Of a DNA stretch of 64,000 nt, positions 47,994 to 59,836 are shown in pieces. The notes beneath the pieces were generated by a model. That model did no database searches. It saw nothing but the letters and a program-made list of their open reading frames with translations, and had not been told where the DNA came from. Numbering within the stretch: position 1 is the stretch's first letter; the number at the start of each line of letters is the position of its first letter. The translations under genes were made by a program, and so were the position numbers. This DNA comes from Pelomyxa schiedti (Eukaryota; Protista; Evosea), in contig JAHLWZ010000475.1 of NCBI GenBank assembly GCA_020536535.1, positions 5,684 through 69,683 on the forward strand, read 5' to 3'.

Positions 47994-49154
47994 CTACTGC
48001 TTGGATAATACATAGAGGATTCCGGAGACAATGACAAAGGTCAAAAATCCGGCCCCAAGTCCCTTGGCACGAACCTGCTTGATACAAGCATCACCAAGGC
48101 GAATGGTAGCTCCTGAAACTGCTGCACCAGAGGCAAGGCCAACAACAGCGGCCCAAATTGCATGCTTCACGGCCGGGTCATGGGAGAGGCTTACTGCCAC
48201 CAGCCATTCTGATTCCTGGTGTGTGTTCAGGTATTATCTCCTTCCCTCGGGGGTACCTTGGTGTTACTTAAGACCTCGAGTAGTGTGGGGATCCAATTGG
48301 TGCCATCTGGAAGGGGCTGTTCTGGGTTAAGAGGGTCATTGTCAATGATCACAACTGGTGCCCCTGGGATTGTTTCTTCTAGGTTTTCTGTGAGTACCTT
48401 CTTCCAGGATATGTACCTGCGCGTGTTCTGTGCTTCTTTGTTGGAGAGCCCCCTCAACTCCGCTATGTCACTAGATAGAGTGGGCGGGATAGAGCAACCA
48501 TAGGTGAGTATGACGGTAATTTTGGCGTCATATTCTGAAGCCAGTCTTGTAACCAGTTCCCCTACTGCCCTCTCAGTGGAATTCCATTCCCGGATGAACT
48601 GCCGGAAGAGGAAAAACTGAGTACTGTTAAGCGCTAGTACAGTAAAACAAAGAGTAGGTTACATACGCAACTCGGGTGAATGTGTTCAGTCGTCAAATAC
48701 TGCTTTGTCATTGCCACAATCTCTGCATCTGACTTTGATGGATCGGAAAACCCCTGAAAAAAGGAAGGACAGAGCTAGGAGTGCATATATCCAAGAAAAA
48801 AAAATACACACTGGCGTGTCAACAAAGAAGAGTTTCCTGTTTTCATGATTGTACATGCGAGGTTCCGTGGTACATGGCCCAGCGTGGTCTTTAACAGGCA
48901 CATCTACAGCGAACATCCTCTTAATGAAACTGGACTTGCCTGATGCACTTGTGCCCATAAGTACACCGTACAACGGAGAGGTCCTCTCTGTGCAGAATCA
49001 ATTCACTCCATAAGGAACGGCGGGTTTCGCCACCTGCAAAATGATTCGAAAGCACAACACTCAAAACGTCCTCATCACGAACAGGCGTCCCTCCGTGGTT
49101 TAAGGTGGCTGCGTCCAGAAGTGGTGGAGTTGCCTGGCTCGGGGAGTTACCCAT
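47994..49154 (-). CDS. AIG1/Toc34-like (paraseptin) P-loop GTPase with N-myristoylation motif and C-terminal membrane anchor
   Basis: N-terminus MGNSPS; G1 GTSASGKS; CTT; G3 FVDTP|GF; then VILTYGCSIPP and PVVIIDN...LPDGTNWIPTLL. Hydrophobic C-terminus GFLTFVIVSGILYVLSKQ. Confidence 0.75.
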
Positions 49155-49386
49155 TTGTTATTTGTTGATCTCATCCAACTTGGTCAGTTTCCAGAACACA
49201 CTGAGGGAAGATGTTCTTTCTTGCACGGAACTCACAAGAGTCTCTGAGTGTGCCAATCAAACTGATCTGTGTTCTTGTGTGTGGCTCACCGCCCATAGGC
49301 GGAAAAAGGTGCACAACAAAACGGTAACCGCAGGAAAATTGAAGAATCTGCTTTGGGGAAAGCGGGAAAAAAACCGATTGAAGCCG

Positions 49387-52021
49387 ATGGCCGTTTGGTT
49401 GCTGCCGTTGGTGCTCCTTCTCTCTCCACTTGTAAGTAGCAGTTTGGTCTGCGGGCCTGACGTCACAGATTGGTTTGCACGGCAACTAGACCTGGGCCGG
49501 GCACAGGCTGATGCAAACTGGGCCACGACTGACACTTTTGATGGGTTGCTGGGCCCGACCGGGTTGGCGGGGGTGGGTTCGGCCGCCAGCCAGTTGAGCC
49601 AGATTCTGGCCACCCAGGCGGGAATCTGTGGGGCTGAGACTGGGTGCAATGGAACAGTAACGGTGTGTGATACTTGCTTCAGGTTGGACTCTCTTGGAAG
49701 AATTCTCTATGGGTGTGTTAGTTAGATCGATTAATGTGGGATGAAGGGTGATGGGTGTGACATTTAACTGGAGGAGTGCCATAAAATCCTGGGGAGTTCC
49801 CTTTTAATCTCAATGAATCAGGTATTGTGCAAGCACCGTTTCGAGTACGGCAATATGGGGGGCTGTGTATGCTGATGGAATTCTCTCGGCAAAGGATATT
49901 GATGAAGTTTTGATTGGATTTTACCTCAGAGGTAAAGCTCCAGCGGGACCGCTGCAATCCTCTGTCCCCAGAATGTGCCAGTTGTTGAACGGAGAAAGAG
50001 GCAACATGCTATTAGGAATGCTTTTTTCCGGTATGTCTGGGGATGTGATTGCTCAGGATGCGCTTTATTCAGTCTCCAATGGCGTCCCGCAGCTTCTCCC
50101 ACAGTGGGAGACTGAAACTGGCCAGAACTTTTCAGTCTTAATTGAGGATTCCTTGGCAGATCTGGAAATTCATACAATGGGAACATGGCTTTCTCTTGTA
50201 GGCACAGATTGCACTCCCTGTTCAACATCTGGCTCCTGGTCGGACATATCATTCGCGCCAGCATCAAACCGGGTAAGTTTGCCGGAAAATGCCGTACTCT
50301 TATCATCAGTAATATTAATCTAGGCCACTGTATTTGCTCGACTTCAAAGGAAAATATCCCGCCTGCGAATTGCTGTAGTCTGCTGTCTAAAATACTTTGC
50401 CTTAACACACAAATAGACAGCGGAAAATTCTACAGTTGTGGGTTGCAGTCAGTTTTCACGGGATTCTCCAGAGTGGGCCTCTTGTTCTAGATGGAATTTT
50501 GTTGTTGCTTCATCCTCATTGGCAGGGGTTGCAGAAACAAAGAAAATGGAATTTACCTACAGTTCCATCGTGCGTGGGCATCATGACCCATCTGCTGAAT
50601 GGTATTCTTGCTACCAACGATCCACATTCCACTTGTAATCTTCCTCAGTCAGGCAGCAACAGTCCCCTTGGCGGTACAGATTTTCACAATGCTGGATGCA
50701 CCTGACTGCTGGTGAGAAATCTTTATTTATGGATACCTTAATAAACTCCCAATAGTGATCCCGGTCTTCAGCAAGAATTTCGAATACTAGTTGATGATGC
50801 AGTTACAGCATGTGCCTATACTTCCTTTGCGGATATTCTTAGACCTCTTCTCAGTTTCAGTCAGGTTATATGTAACGCTGCTCCGTTGGATACTGGAGAA
50901 ACAGGTTTTTCTTTACAATGCCTTACACAACTTGAGTTTTAATGTACGATAAGGTGAAGAGTGCATGAGGGAGCTTTTAGTCAAATTCGCAGCGCAGCCA
51001 AATTTTGAGTTGATGTCAGTGCCGCTCTGCATTCCATGTGCCTCCGACATTCTGACAAGGGAAAAAATGGATCTTGCTTTCGACTTGATGTGCTCGCTAC
51101 AGCCCAACTACTGGCCAGATGACCCAGAAGTTCAAGCCTGCAGGTATAACATAAACCCAGCCAGCATAAACAAATTCCTTTCTCATCGAGCTCACATTGC
51201 CCATAGTTGCCTTGGAATATACAACGAATCTCTTGGGAATACCTCAGTTGTGCCGATACCTTCTGATTGCCTCATTCCGCTAACAGGTGCCAAAACACCT
51301 CTGGCCGGAACAACTGCCTACGTTCCATCCCACTGTGATTCCAACATCGGAACCATGAATTCCGTGTTGCTGTGCTGTTCCCGGCTTCTGGATGACATGC
51401 TCGGAATGATGGACATGCAGACTGGTGTCTCTGGAATGCGCAGTTCCATGTGTATAAGCCAAAAATGGCACCTCCGTATGCGTCTGGGTCATTTCAACTA
51501 CGCAAAAGCTCAGCAGAGAGCCTCCAAAGAGGCCATTATTCAAATGGCGTTTGATGAAGTAGCCCATAGGATCCCTGCAATTGACAGAGACGAATTCCTC
51601 CAAAACGTGACCCTCACGCAGAGTGACCAAACCACAGACTCCAGCAACATCACTCTAATGGATGTAACAGTATGTCATGTCATTCTTTTTCACCCAAATC
51701 GAATTCACTTTGGTTCACTTTTTTTCACAACCAGTATGAGCCAATGTCTGAATTGGGACTAAATGCCTCCACAATGGACTTTGAGACCGGCGATGTTTTG
51801 TTGTAGGCTTTGTTTTTTCCCGCTACTGATTTCTCCTAAACTCAATCAATAGGGAAATGACTGATTACCTCTTGGCAGATGATGGGAACATCACCATTGA
51901 GACTGTAGACATGGTTTTGGAAGGTGGGGAGAGCTCAGAACTGTCTGTTTCTGATTCGGCAGTTGTGGTTCCCCTGATTTCTGCATTTTTGGTGGTAGGG
52001 GCAGTGGCTTTGTTATTGTAA
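49387..52021 (+). CDS. Cys-rich secreted/surface protein, probably GPI-anchored; function unknown
   Basis: Signal peptide MAVWLLPLVLLLSPLVSS and several Cys-rich exons. The C-terminal hydrophobic tail VVVPLISAFLVVGAVALLL* has no cytosolic residues. Confidence 0.65.
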
Positions 52022-52106
52022 AATGGTGGTAATGGGAATGAATTCCTTTTTTTTGTTTTGTTACAATAGCTTCTGAGATATTCAGTAATGTTAGAGGTTG
52101 TTTGTG

Positions 52107-54889
52107 TTAAAGCCAATCCTCGTCATTATAATCATCATCATCACTGGAACTATCACCATCCTGCACAGCATTCTTAGAGCAAAAAGGGAATTTTGGGTAG
52201 GTAATTACCACGGCTGGTCTGATAACATCCTTAATATAAAGCATAAGGTTGTTGGCTTGCACTGAATTCTTCAGGGGTGGAGGTGGGGGTCTCTCGGCAG
52301 CAGACTTCAACTTTTGCTTCTTCAGCTGGTCAGATAGGGACTCCGTCTCACCACTGGTGCCAGGGCTTGCTGTTGTAGCACTTTGTGGGAGTGGGTCACT
52401 ATCGGTAGTGGCTGGTGCCGCGGTCCTCTTGACTGCCTATAGGATACTATGAGAATTAATTCAACAGGGAAGGAATGTACCGGGGGTGGGGGAGGTGCAA
52501 CGGGTGGAGGCGGAGGTGCTGGAGGAGCTGGGGGTGCCGGTGGTGCTGGAGTTGATTCTTCAATTGTGGGTTGAGGGGTTGGAGTGTGTATGATGGGTGT
52601 TGGTTCTGAAGGGGTTATTGGTGTTGGATTGGGGTTTGGCGATGGTGGTAGTGAAGTATTTGCTGGTGTTTCTGGTTGTACTGAGGGTACGGGAACACCC
52701 TCTTCCATTGCTTTTAAAACACCCTGATGGATGTTGTTACTTGAAAACAGAAGTAAAAAAGAAAAGTACTTCAAGAATGGCCTTGCGTTTTTCTGGATTG
52801 TGCATGTGCTTGTTTGTTACACCTGCTTCCCTCAAAAACTGTTTCCATTCTTCAGGAAGGTTTTTTGCCTTAGAGGTTTTAGTGATTGTTACAATGAGAA
52901 TGAGTACTTCATAATTCCCGTCAGCACCAAACCCGAAGTGAGACACGTGCCCAAAATTGGATGGAGTAGATATTACGAATTCATCATCTTCCGTCTCAGA
53001 TTTCTTTGCCTTCTTCTTCTTAATGTTCAGAGGGATCTTGGGAGTGAGTGTTGTTGTTGGTGTTGGTTTGGGCTCTGGTTTCCTGGATAACGAAATATTT
53101 ATCATAACATGAATTACACCAGATTCAGCCTCCTTAAAGGTGTAAGTTACCCCATAGGGGTGCTCGCACAGACCTTGACATTGAGGGTATGTTCGACCCA
53201 CTCATTTTCTGTGAGGGGAAGATATACACTGGTGGAACCAAGAGAGTCATCAGACTTGAGTTTGTCTTTATCCTGGGTTTGTGTTGAGTGAGAGGTGCAT
53301 TCATGTTGGCAATACCCAAAGATAGCATAAGAGGGTAGCAACTTTCGGGTCATAAGTAAAGGTGAACATTTCTTCCCACTAGACAAATTTCAGGAATTGC
53401 TTTGCATTAAAGGAAAATACCACTGCATGTTCCCGTGAAGCAAAAGATTTTTTAAGGTGTTTTGTTTGCTGTGGCTTTTGTTTGCCGTATTTCTGTCAGA
53501 AGATGAGCTGAGGGTTTATAGAAATACGCTAATTCATACCAGAACTACATAGGGTGCAGTCGTACCATCATTGTCACCAGCAATCAAATCTACAGCATCA
53601 ACAACAAAGATATGGACCCAGTGCTATGTTGTAAATCAATCAGCTTTGAAAGGTGAAGAATAGACAACGCACCTCGGCCTTACTAACGAAGCTGGATTGA
53701 TTCAGAGCTAAGAAGGTGAGTGTGGCGACTAGACATAAATTCTTCCAGCAATACCTGATTTGGAATTCAGCGCTCCAGTTGACGTGAGATTTCCACTGTC
53801 AGAAACGGAGTGATCCTCTTTTCCACTTGCATGTGGTTCAGGCAGTGTGGGACTCGGACTTACTGACGCCACCGGCTTTTCTTGCACGGGAACATGCACA
53901 ACAGGAACCGGACTTGGGGAGCGATCAACATTTGTTGAAGGTGCAGGAGAAGGTGATGGTGATGGAGAACGAGAGGATGCAGGCAAAGTAGGGGAGCATG
54001 TAGTTGGTGGAGTGTTGTTAGTGCTAGTGGAACTAGAAATAGAAGTAGCTGCAGTAGGAGTAGGCTTAGTTACAACAGAATTATTACGTGGCGGAATAGC
54101 AGGCGGCTTCTGAGGCCCAGAAGTCGAATCCAGCAGGGCCGAACTTCCCCTTTGATCCTGAGTCTGAGCAGTCACCCCAGAAGTAGAAGTAGAAGCTGAA
54201 ACAGAAACAGAAACAGAAATAGATGGATTTGGAGTAGCAGGCTGAGGGCGAGGGAGCGTGGGCTGGGGCCTGGGGCCCGGAGGAGTCGGCTGGGGCCTCG
54301 CTCCCTGAGGGGGACTGGGCTGAGGCCTGGGCCTAGGCGGCGGAGTCGGGGAGCCCCCGGTATCAGGCGACGAGACCGACGACGAGGCGGTGAGGGCGGA
54401 GGAGGGCGGAGGAGGCCTGGTCAGCGGCGGGGGAGGCGGCTGCGCCCTCTGCGGAGGCTGGCTCGGGGTCTGCTGGGCCTCGGGCTGCGGGGCAGACACC
54501 ACGCCACTCTCTTGCGTCGCCTGCTGCGGCCTGCGAGGCGGGAGCGCCGGGCCGTCCGCTGCGGGCGCCGTTACCGTCGCAGACGCAGTGGGTGTGGCTG
54601 TGGCTGCGGCTGCGGAGCCTGTGGGCGAGGCGGAGGTGGCGGGGCGCTCGGGGGACTTGGAGACGTGGCGCAGCTGGGACTGGGACTGGAGCTGGCCTGG
54701 GGTGAGGGCCACGAGCTGGTGGGGCTGCGGGGAGCCAGGGGGCAGGGCCGCGGTGGCCTTGGCCAGCTTTGTGATGTGGAGGGCGACCATGTGGGGCGGG
54801 GGAGGCGGGCGAGACAGCGGGGGCCGTGGCCTCCTCTCGCGGGGAGTGCATGGTCTGAGGGTCCTGAACGTTGCTTGTTCGTGGGACAT
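52107..54889 (-). CDS. WASP-like actin nucleation-promoting factor (CRIB, poly-Pro, WH2, acidic tail) with long Pro/Ser-rich N-terminal extension
   Basis: Basic stretch KKKKAKK, then CRIB ISTPSNFGHVSHFGF, NLPEEWKQFLREAGV, poly-Pro, WH2-like SLSDQLKKQKLKS and acidic C-terminus DDDDYNDEDWL*. The start is at 54889 or 54790. Confidence 0.82.
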
Positions 54890-55209
54890 GTTTCTTTCGG
54901 TTTGTACTTTTTTGGGCTCTCGAAAAGGAATCAATTCTGGGGTACTTGATTGCCGCAGAGTGTAGTCTCCCAACCACCACGCACTTAAGTAATACTGGTA
55001 AGCAGCCCAGTTGAGGAGAACCAGAAACAGGGAAAACTGAACATCATGGTTTTTCAAAGAATTTTTCTTGTAATAACAAAGTAGGTGATAAACCAACTCC
55101 TCGTGGTTTTACGGAGAGCATGGTATTATTTTGCAGTTTTATGGAGGTACAACAAAAGATATGTTGCGTTGATGCCAGCCATATGAGCTGTTAGAGGCAC
55201 GAAACGGTC

Positions 55210-55447
55210 TCAGCTCTGGCAGTTGGGTCCCCTCCTTGGTGCACCCGTCTCAACTACAGACACAAATCTCCTGATGGAATTGATGAGTTTGAGGAAACCA
55301 GTGTGAACAACGGGGAATTTACTTGTTGTAAAGAATCCTCTTGTATGCTCGTCCCCTTGGGCTCTTCTTCTTCTCAGTTGGTGCAACCTTTGGGGTCTGT
55401 GCCTTGACCTTTCCTGCGCGTGCAAGTCCTCCGTGTACTTTGCCCAT
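55210..55447 (-). CDS. RPS30: 40S ribosomal protein S30 (eS30), no ubiquitin-like leader
   Basis: Reads [42 protein letters not shown]|[19 protein letters not shown] after removing a 52-nt intron (55271-55322). Not listed as such in the ORF track. Confidence 0.96.
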
Positions 55448-55985
55448 TTCAAGGTTTTTGCTTTTGTTGCTTTTTTCTGGAGCTCTTTGTTTACTCTTTT
55501 TTGTTCTTCTTTTTTGTGTTTTTGACCGAGGATTTGCCTAGCTTTAAGAAGAGGGTAGTATCCGTACCGGGTACATAAACAAAAAAAAAAAGGAATCTGG
55601 ATCCGGAACAGAACGTAACCCATAATGGGAAGGTCCCCGGCCGGAATCTTAAGCGATGTGGGGACTGGGACAAAGTTAAACGCCTTAAACCAATGAGTAA
55701 GGAAAACACCTGCTAGGCCGAAGGGTCTGGCAATTGTGAAAGTTATTTCACTTCTCAATTTTTGACGGGCACATAGGCTGTCCTCTTGGTGTCCTGGCCC
55801 CTTTGCTGGGATGTCTCCTGGACGGTCTCCGTCTCCAACAAATAAAAAAAAAACCGAAAAGTTTTGTCTGGTCTCCAAACTAAGTTGCTTACAATCAACA
55901 GCAGTTAAAAAAAAAGAAAACCACGTAACAAACAAGAGCCGTTGTTTCGTTATGAAACTTTCATACAAACTCGCCCATGGTGGGG

Positions 55986-58483
55986 CTAAAACTTGGTGTT
56001 GAAGTGCAATACTGGTGACCACACCTCTCCAATTTCTCCAGACTCCTTTTGCACCTGGAGAATTCGGGCTTCCGTCAAAGCCCTTTCAGTGATTGTATCG
56101 TCCGGAAATTCTTTGTGAAGTTGCTGCAGGCGCATCACACACTCGTCAAAGGCTTTCGTTTCTTTGAGCTGTGTGCACATTGAAAATTCATTACAGAGGT
56201 GCACAGTTGAATCCTCTTTGTAAACGTGAATTAGCTCATAAACTCCGGTTCCGCTGAGCATTCCTTTAGTGGCAACAATACCAAGTTTCCGGCATGTGAA
56301 ATCCAGGTGAGGTTGCATTGAAGGCATAAAAGTATTCTGGTACACTGACTCTGAGATGAGGATTCTGCTGCCATAGTACTTGTTGAGGTTCTCCAGCCGT
56401 GAGGCAAGATTCACATTCGAGCCCATAACAGTGTAGCAAAATCTGTTCGTACTTCCAGAGTTCCCTGCTAGAACTTCTCCAGAAGAAATCCCAATTCGTG
56501 CAAATAACAGGGGAAGGCCAGCTGCCTCATGTTCTTTTCGTAATTCCTTGAGAGATTCTTGTATCCGTATGGCACAATTGCATGCAGCGAGGTCGGGGTT
56601 GTCCAAGTTGACGGTAGCCCCCCAGACAGCCTGCGAGTGGATGTTATACTACAGAATATATGGAGTAGACTTAAACCATGATTTCATCTCCAACTATCTT
56701 ATCTACAATCCCGTTTTCGATTTGTATGGCGTTGTGGCAGATATCCATGAACCTTGTAAAAAGTGCTATCATCAATTCAGGTGGCACTTGCTCTGTCAGG
56801 CGAGAGAAATCCTCAATGTCACAAAAAAGAATACTGCATTGCCTTCTTCTGACACCGAGTTTGCATTCCGCAGTACCATTGAGGTACCATTTTACGACTT
56901 CCATCGGCACATATTTTCCAAAACTGGCCAACATCAGTCTCACGGACTCAGCTGACTCTTCAAGTGACTCAATTTCTCGTAGTCCAACTTTTTTCTTTGA
57001 CTCCTTTATAGTGTTGCCAGGCCCTATGGTTGCTTTACTCATGGCACCTTCGTCCAGTCTTGATAAAGCCTCAAGCTCGCGAGAAACGTATTTAATTGGA
57101 GTGGTCAGACAAAAGCTTGCTCCAATTACAATGAATCCAAGCACTAAGAATATGCCGGTTGCGCTGCATGCTGTTATGATAAGAGTATCCTTCTGCCTTG
57201 TAAAGTAGTCTGCTGAAGGCACAACAGATACGATCACCCAGTCATCTAGGGTGCTTGCAAATCTCTCACTCTTGATAGTAAGGTCAACAACTTGTCCCGC
57301 TACATCTCCGCGACAATGGAAAATTCCCTGAGGGGAGAAAACTGCAGTCACTTCTTCACCAAAACTGAAGGAAGCTATCACTACAGATATAAAGTGCAGT
57401 TTACATACTCTGAATAAAGAATCTCAGCAATGTCACGAGCCTCTTGAGTGCTCAAATCCCACAGAGAAGTCCGAGTATCATTAATTATTACAGGAACATT
57501 TTCATTTCCTGATGCTATGAGAAAGCCACCACTTGCTTCAAACATCAATGCCCAGCCAGTTTTAGCCACGCTCAGATTCTGGAAAAAATTCTGCAAGACA
57601 AACATCTGGTAATCCAGAGCAAAGACAGCGCATAATCTTTGGGTGTTTGCTGGATCGGGTACTGCAACAGACACAGTGAAGCCAATTCCGAGAGTGGAAT
57701 AGAAATTGTAGAAGGGTGTCCAGGTCACGACATTGAACCCAGCTTCTACTGGAAGTTGATACCACTGCCTTAGTAATAAATGAGGCTGACTAAAACAAGT
57801 AAGGAGGTACTTTAGAGTTGGCCTATATCCTTGACCCCAGGATATGCACATTGTAGTTTCTACAACCGGTTCAGTCTCGAAATTGCACGCGATCCAATCA
57901 AACCCAGTGGAATTGCATTGAATCATCATTGTTTTATCAGGCAAAGAGCGAGCACCAACTAAACATTCATATGGGTTCCCTGTGTATATAGAATTGCTCA
58001 ACGTGAGACTATTTGCAGCCAGAAGACGCCACAAATTTTCATACGCAACTGGATCAGTGCATATTTCAGGACTAACCTATGAGTGTAAGTCAAAACTATG
58101 TGTCCGCCGCTCTTAATTATTTTTCACTATGCCTTAACAATGTTTGAATTCTGCACTAGTGTGACAGTGGCATCCTCGATAAACGTATTTACAAAAGTGG
58201 TGATATCACCAACGATGTTTTCATACAGTGCTGAAGTGGTTTTCTCCAATCCAGCCTGAGACGCCAGCGTCCACAATACCATGACAGGTGCGACTAACAA
58301 ATAATTTGAATTAGGCAACAGAAACCACGAAACCACTGCTATACCTGTCAGAAGCAGCGAAGATAGAAGGAAGACTATAAGTACAGAACGGACTGAAAAA
58401 TGACACGGATGTTTCTGCGCCATTCTTCTCGCCGTGTCGCTCAGAAGAGACAGATCGGACACCTTGGTCGTTCTTTGGAACAT
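55986..58483 (-). CDS. Membrane class III adenylyl cyclase with Cache-like sensor domain (TM-sensor-TM-HAMP-like-cyclase); start uncertain
   Basis: TM1 VLIVFLLSSLLLTGIAVV; Cache-like YRP..RQWY, WTPFYNF and VFALDY; TM2 ITACSATGIFLVLGFIVIG. Cyclase motifs ILFCDIEDFS, VDKIVGDEIM, RIGISSG and YTVMGSNVNLASRLE. The Lys/Thr specificity residues suggest ATP. Confidence 0.88.
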
Positions 58484-58804
58484 CCCGGGCAGATCCAAGA
58501 TCTCAAGATCTCCCTCACACCCGGTAGCAACACCAACAACGACCCGTGACTTTTTTGTTTCTGATGCGTTTGAAACGCCCAAAAAGAAAGAAAAAAAACG
58601 ACTTCAAGCACGTTCACTTGGTTTTTATCAAAGAATCCGATCCAGGAAGGTGCACAAAAAATTTGCCGATTGGATCTTTACACCTTTTCCGTTCCGCAAA
58701 GGTACGTCTCTTGGGTCACACAGTAGGTCCACAACCGGCAAGTCCCATCATTCCTGCCAGTAATAGTAGTGTGGCGTCCCACAATTGCGGTACCCGACGT
58801 CTGC

Positions 58805-59671
58805 TCAGTGCAGATTGGGAGTTGGCAGCACACAGGGGGTTTTAGGCAACACCAAGGGGCCCGAGCACTGCCCCGTGGTGTTTTGTGACTGGAGCTGCAG
58901 GCAGTACCACTGGATGCCGAGCTCCAAGGGCGGCGAGAGGGCCCTGGGGTCCCCCACGCAGTTCTCGACGTAGTACTCCGCGTCGTTCCACGTCGTTTGA
59001 AGCCACTTCATGTAGTAGGAGGCTGAGACCTGCCCTGTGCGGTCCTTTCCTGACTGGCAGTGGTAGTAGTATAGAGTGGAAGTTGCTGTTGCCGAGCCTG
59101 CTTGTTCTGGAACTTGTCCTTCTGTTGTTGTTCTTGCCCTGAGGAATTCTTGTGTGGGCACTTGGAGCCAAACTTGGAGCGTGTCAATTAGCATTTCTAG
59201 GTAGTCCCCGAATGGCTGTGGTGCATTGTCCCTTATGTACACAGTGGTCTCCCAGTCCAGGTCGCTTGCATTCAGATTGGTGCCGAACTGCGGCCAGTGC
59301 GAGAACATTCCCAAAGAAGGCCTCTGAGCATAGAATTCCGACTCGGCCACCAGCATGTCCCACTCCACGGTCAACAGAGACACGTCGACCACCACAATCT
59401 CGTCGTCACTCGCAGGGTACGACGTCACGTTGGCCTTCTCAGCAGCCTCCCTCACGCCGCTCAACAACTCGTAGTGGTCCCACACAGGCAGCTCATCTGT
59501 CGGTGTCCCTGTCTTCGACGATGGAGGATACGCATAGGGTCCACGGAACAGAAAGTTGTTCGCTTTGGAGCCAATGGGCGACTGGTCTACGTACCTAATG
59601 TCTTCTTTCGCCATTCCCTTGCATACAACGACCAGAGAAAACAAACACGCCACAGTAACCGACAACCACAT
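58805..59671 (-). CDS. Intronless secreted/luminal cysteine-phosphatase (PTP/DSP-like) protein
   Basis: Signal peptide MWLSVTVACLFSLVVVCKG, NFLFRG, and the CX5R loop YYHCQSGKDRTG. Confidence 0.78.
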   Translation of the reverse strand: MWLSVTVACLFSLVVVCKGMAKEDIRYVDQSPIGSKANNFLFRGPYAYPPSSKTGTPTDELPVWDHYELLSGVREAAEKANVTSYPASDDEIVVVDVSLLTVEWDMLVAESEFYAQRPSLGMFSHWPQFGTNLNASDLDWETTVYIRDNAPQPFGDYLEMLIDTLQVWLQVPTQEFLRARTTTEGQVPEQAGSATATSTLYYYHCQSGKDRTGQVSASYYMKWLQTTWNDAEYYVENCVGDPRALSPPLELGIQWYCLQLQSQNTTGQCSGPLVLPKTPCVLPTPNLH

Positions 59672-59836
59672 CTCCTACGATAGCCAGATCTTGTGGTGTT
59701 CTCCGAAAAGAGGGTTAAAACAAAAACACTCCCTCATGCCTCACCGATCATGAACACCGTTCTCGCACTGCATGAATATCATGTTGTTGTTGCACACTCA
59801 GCCACTGTATCGTGTCGGCCAAAATCTGTTGTATTT

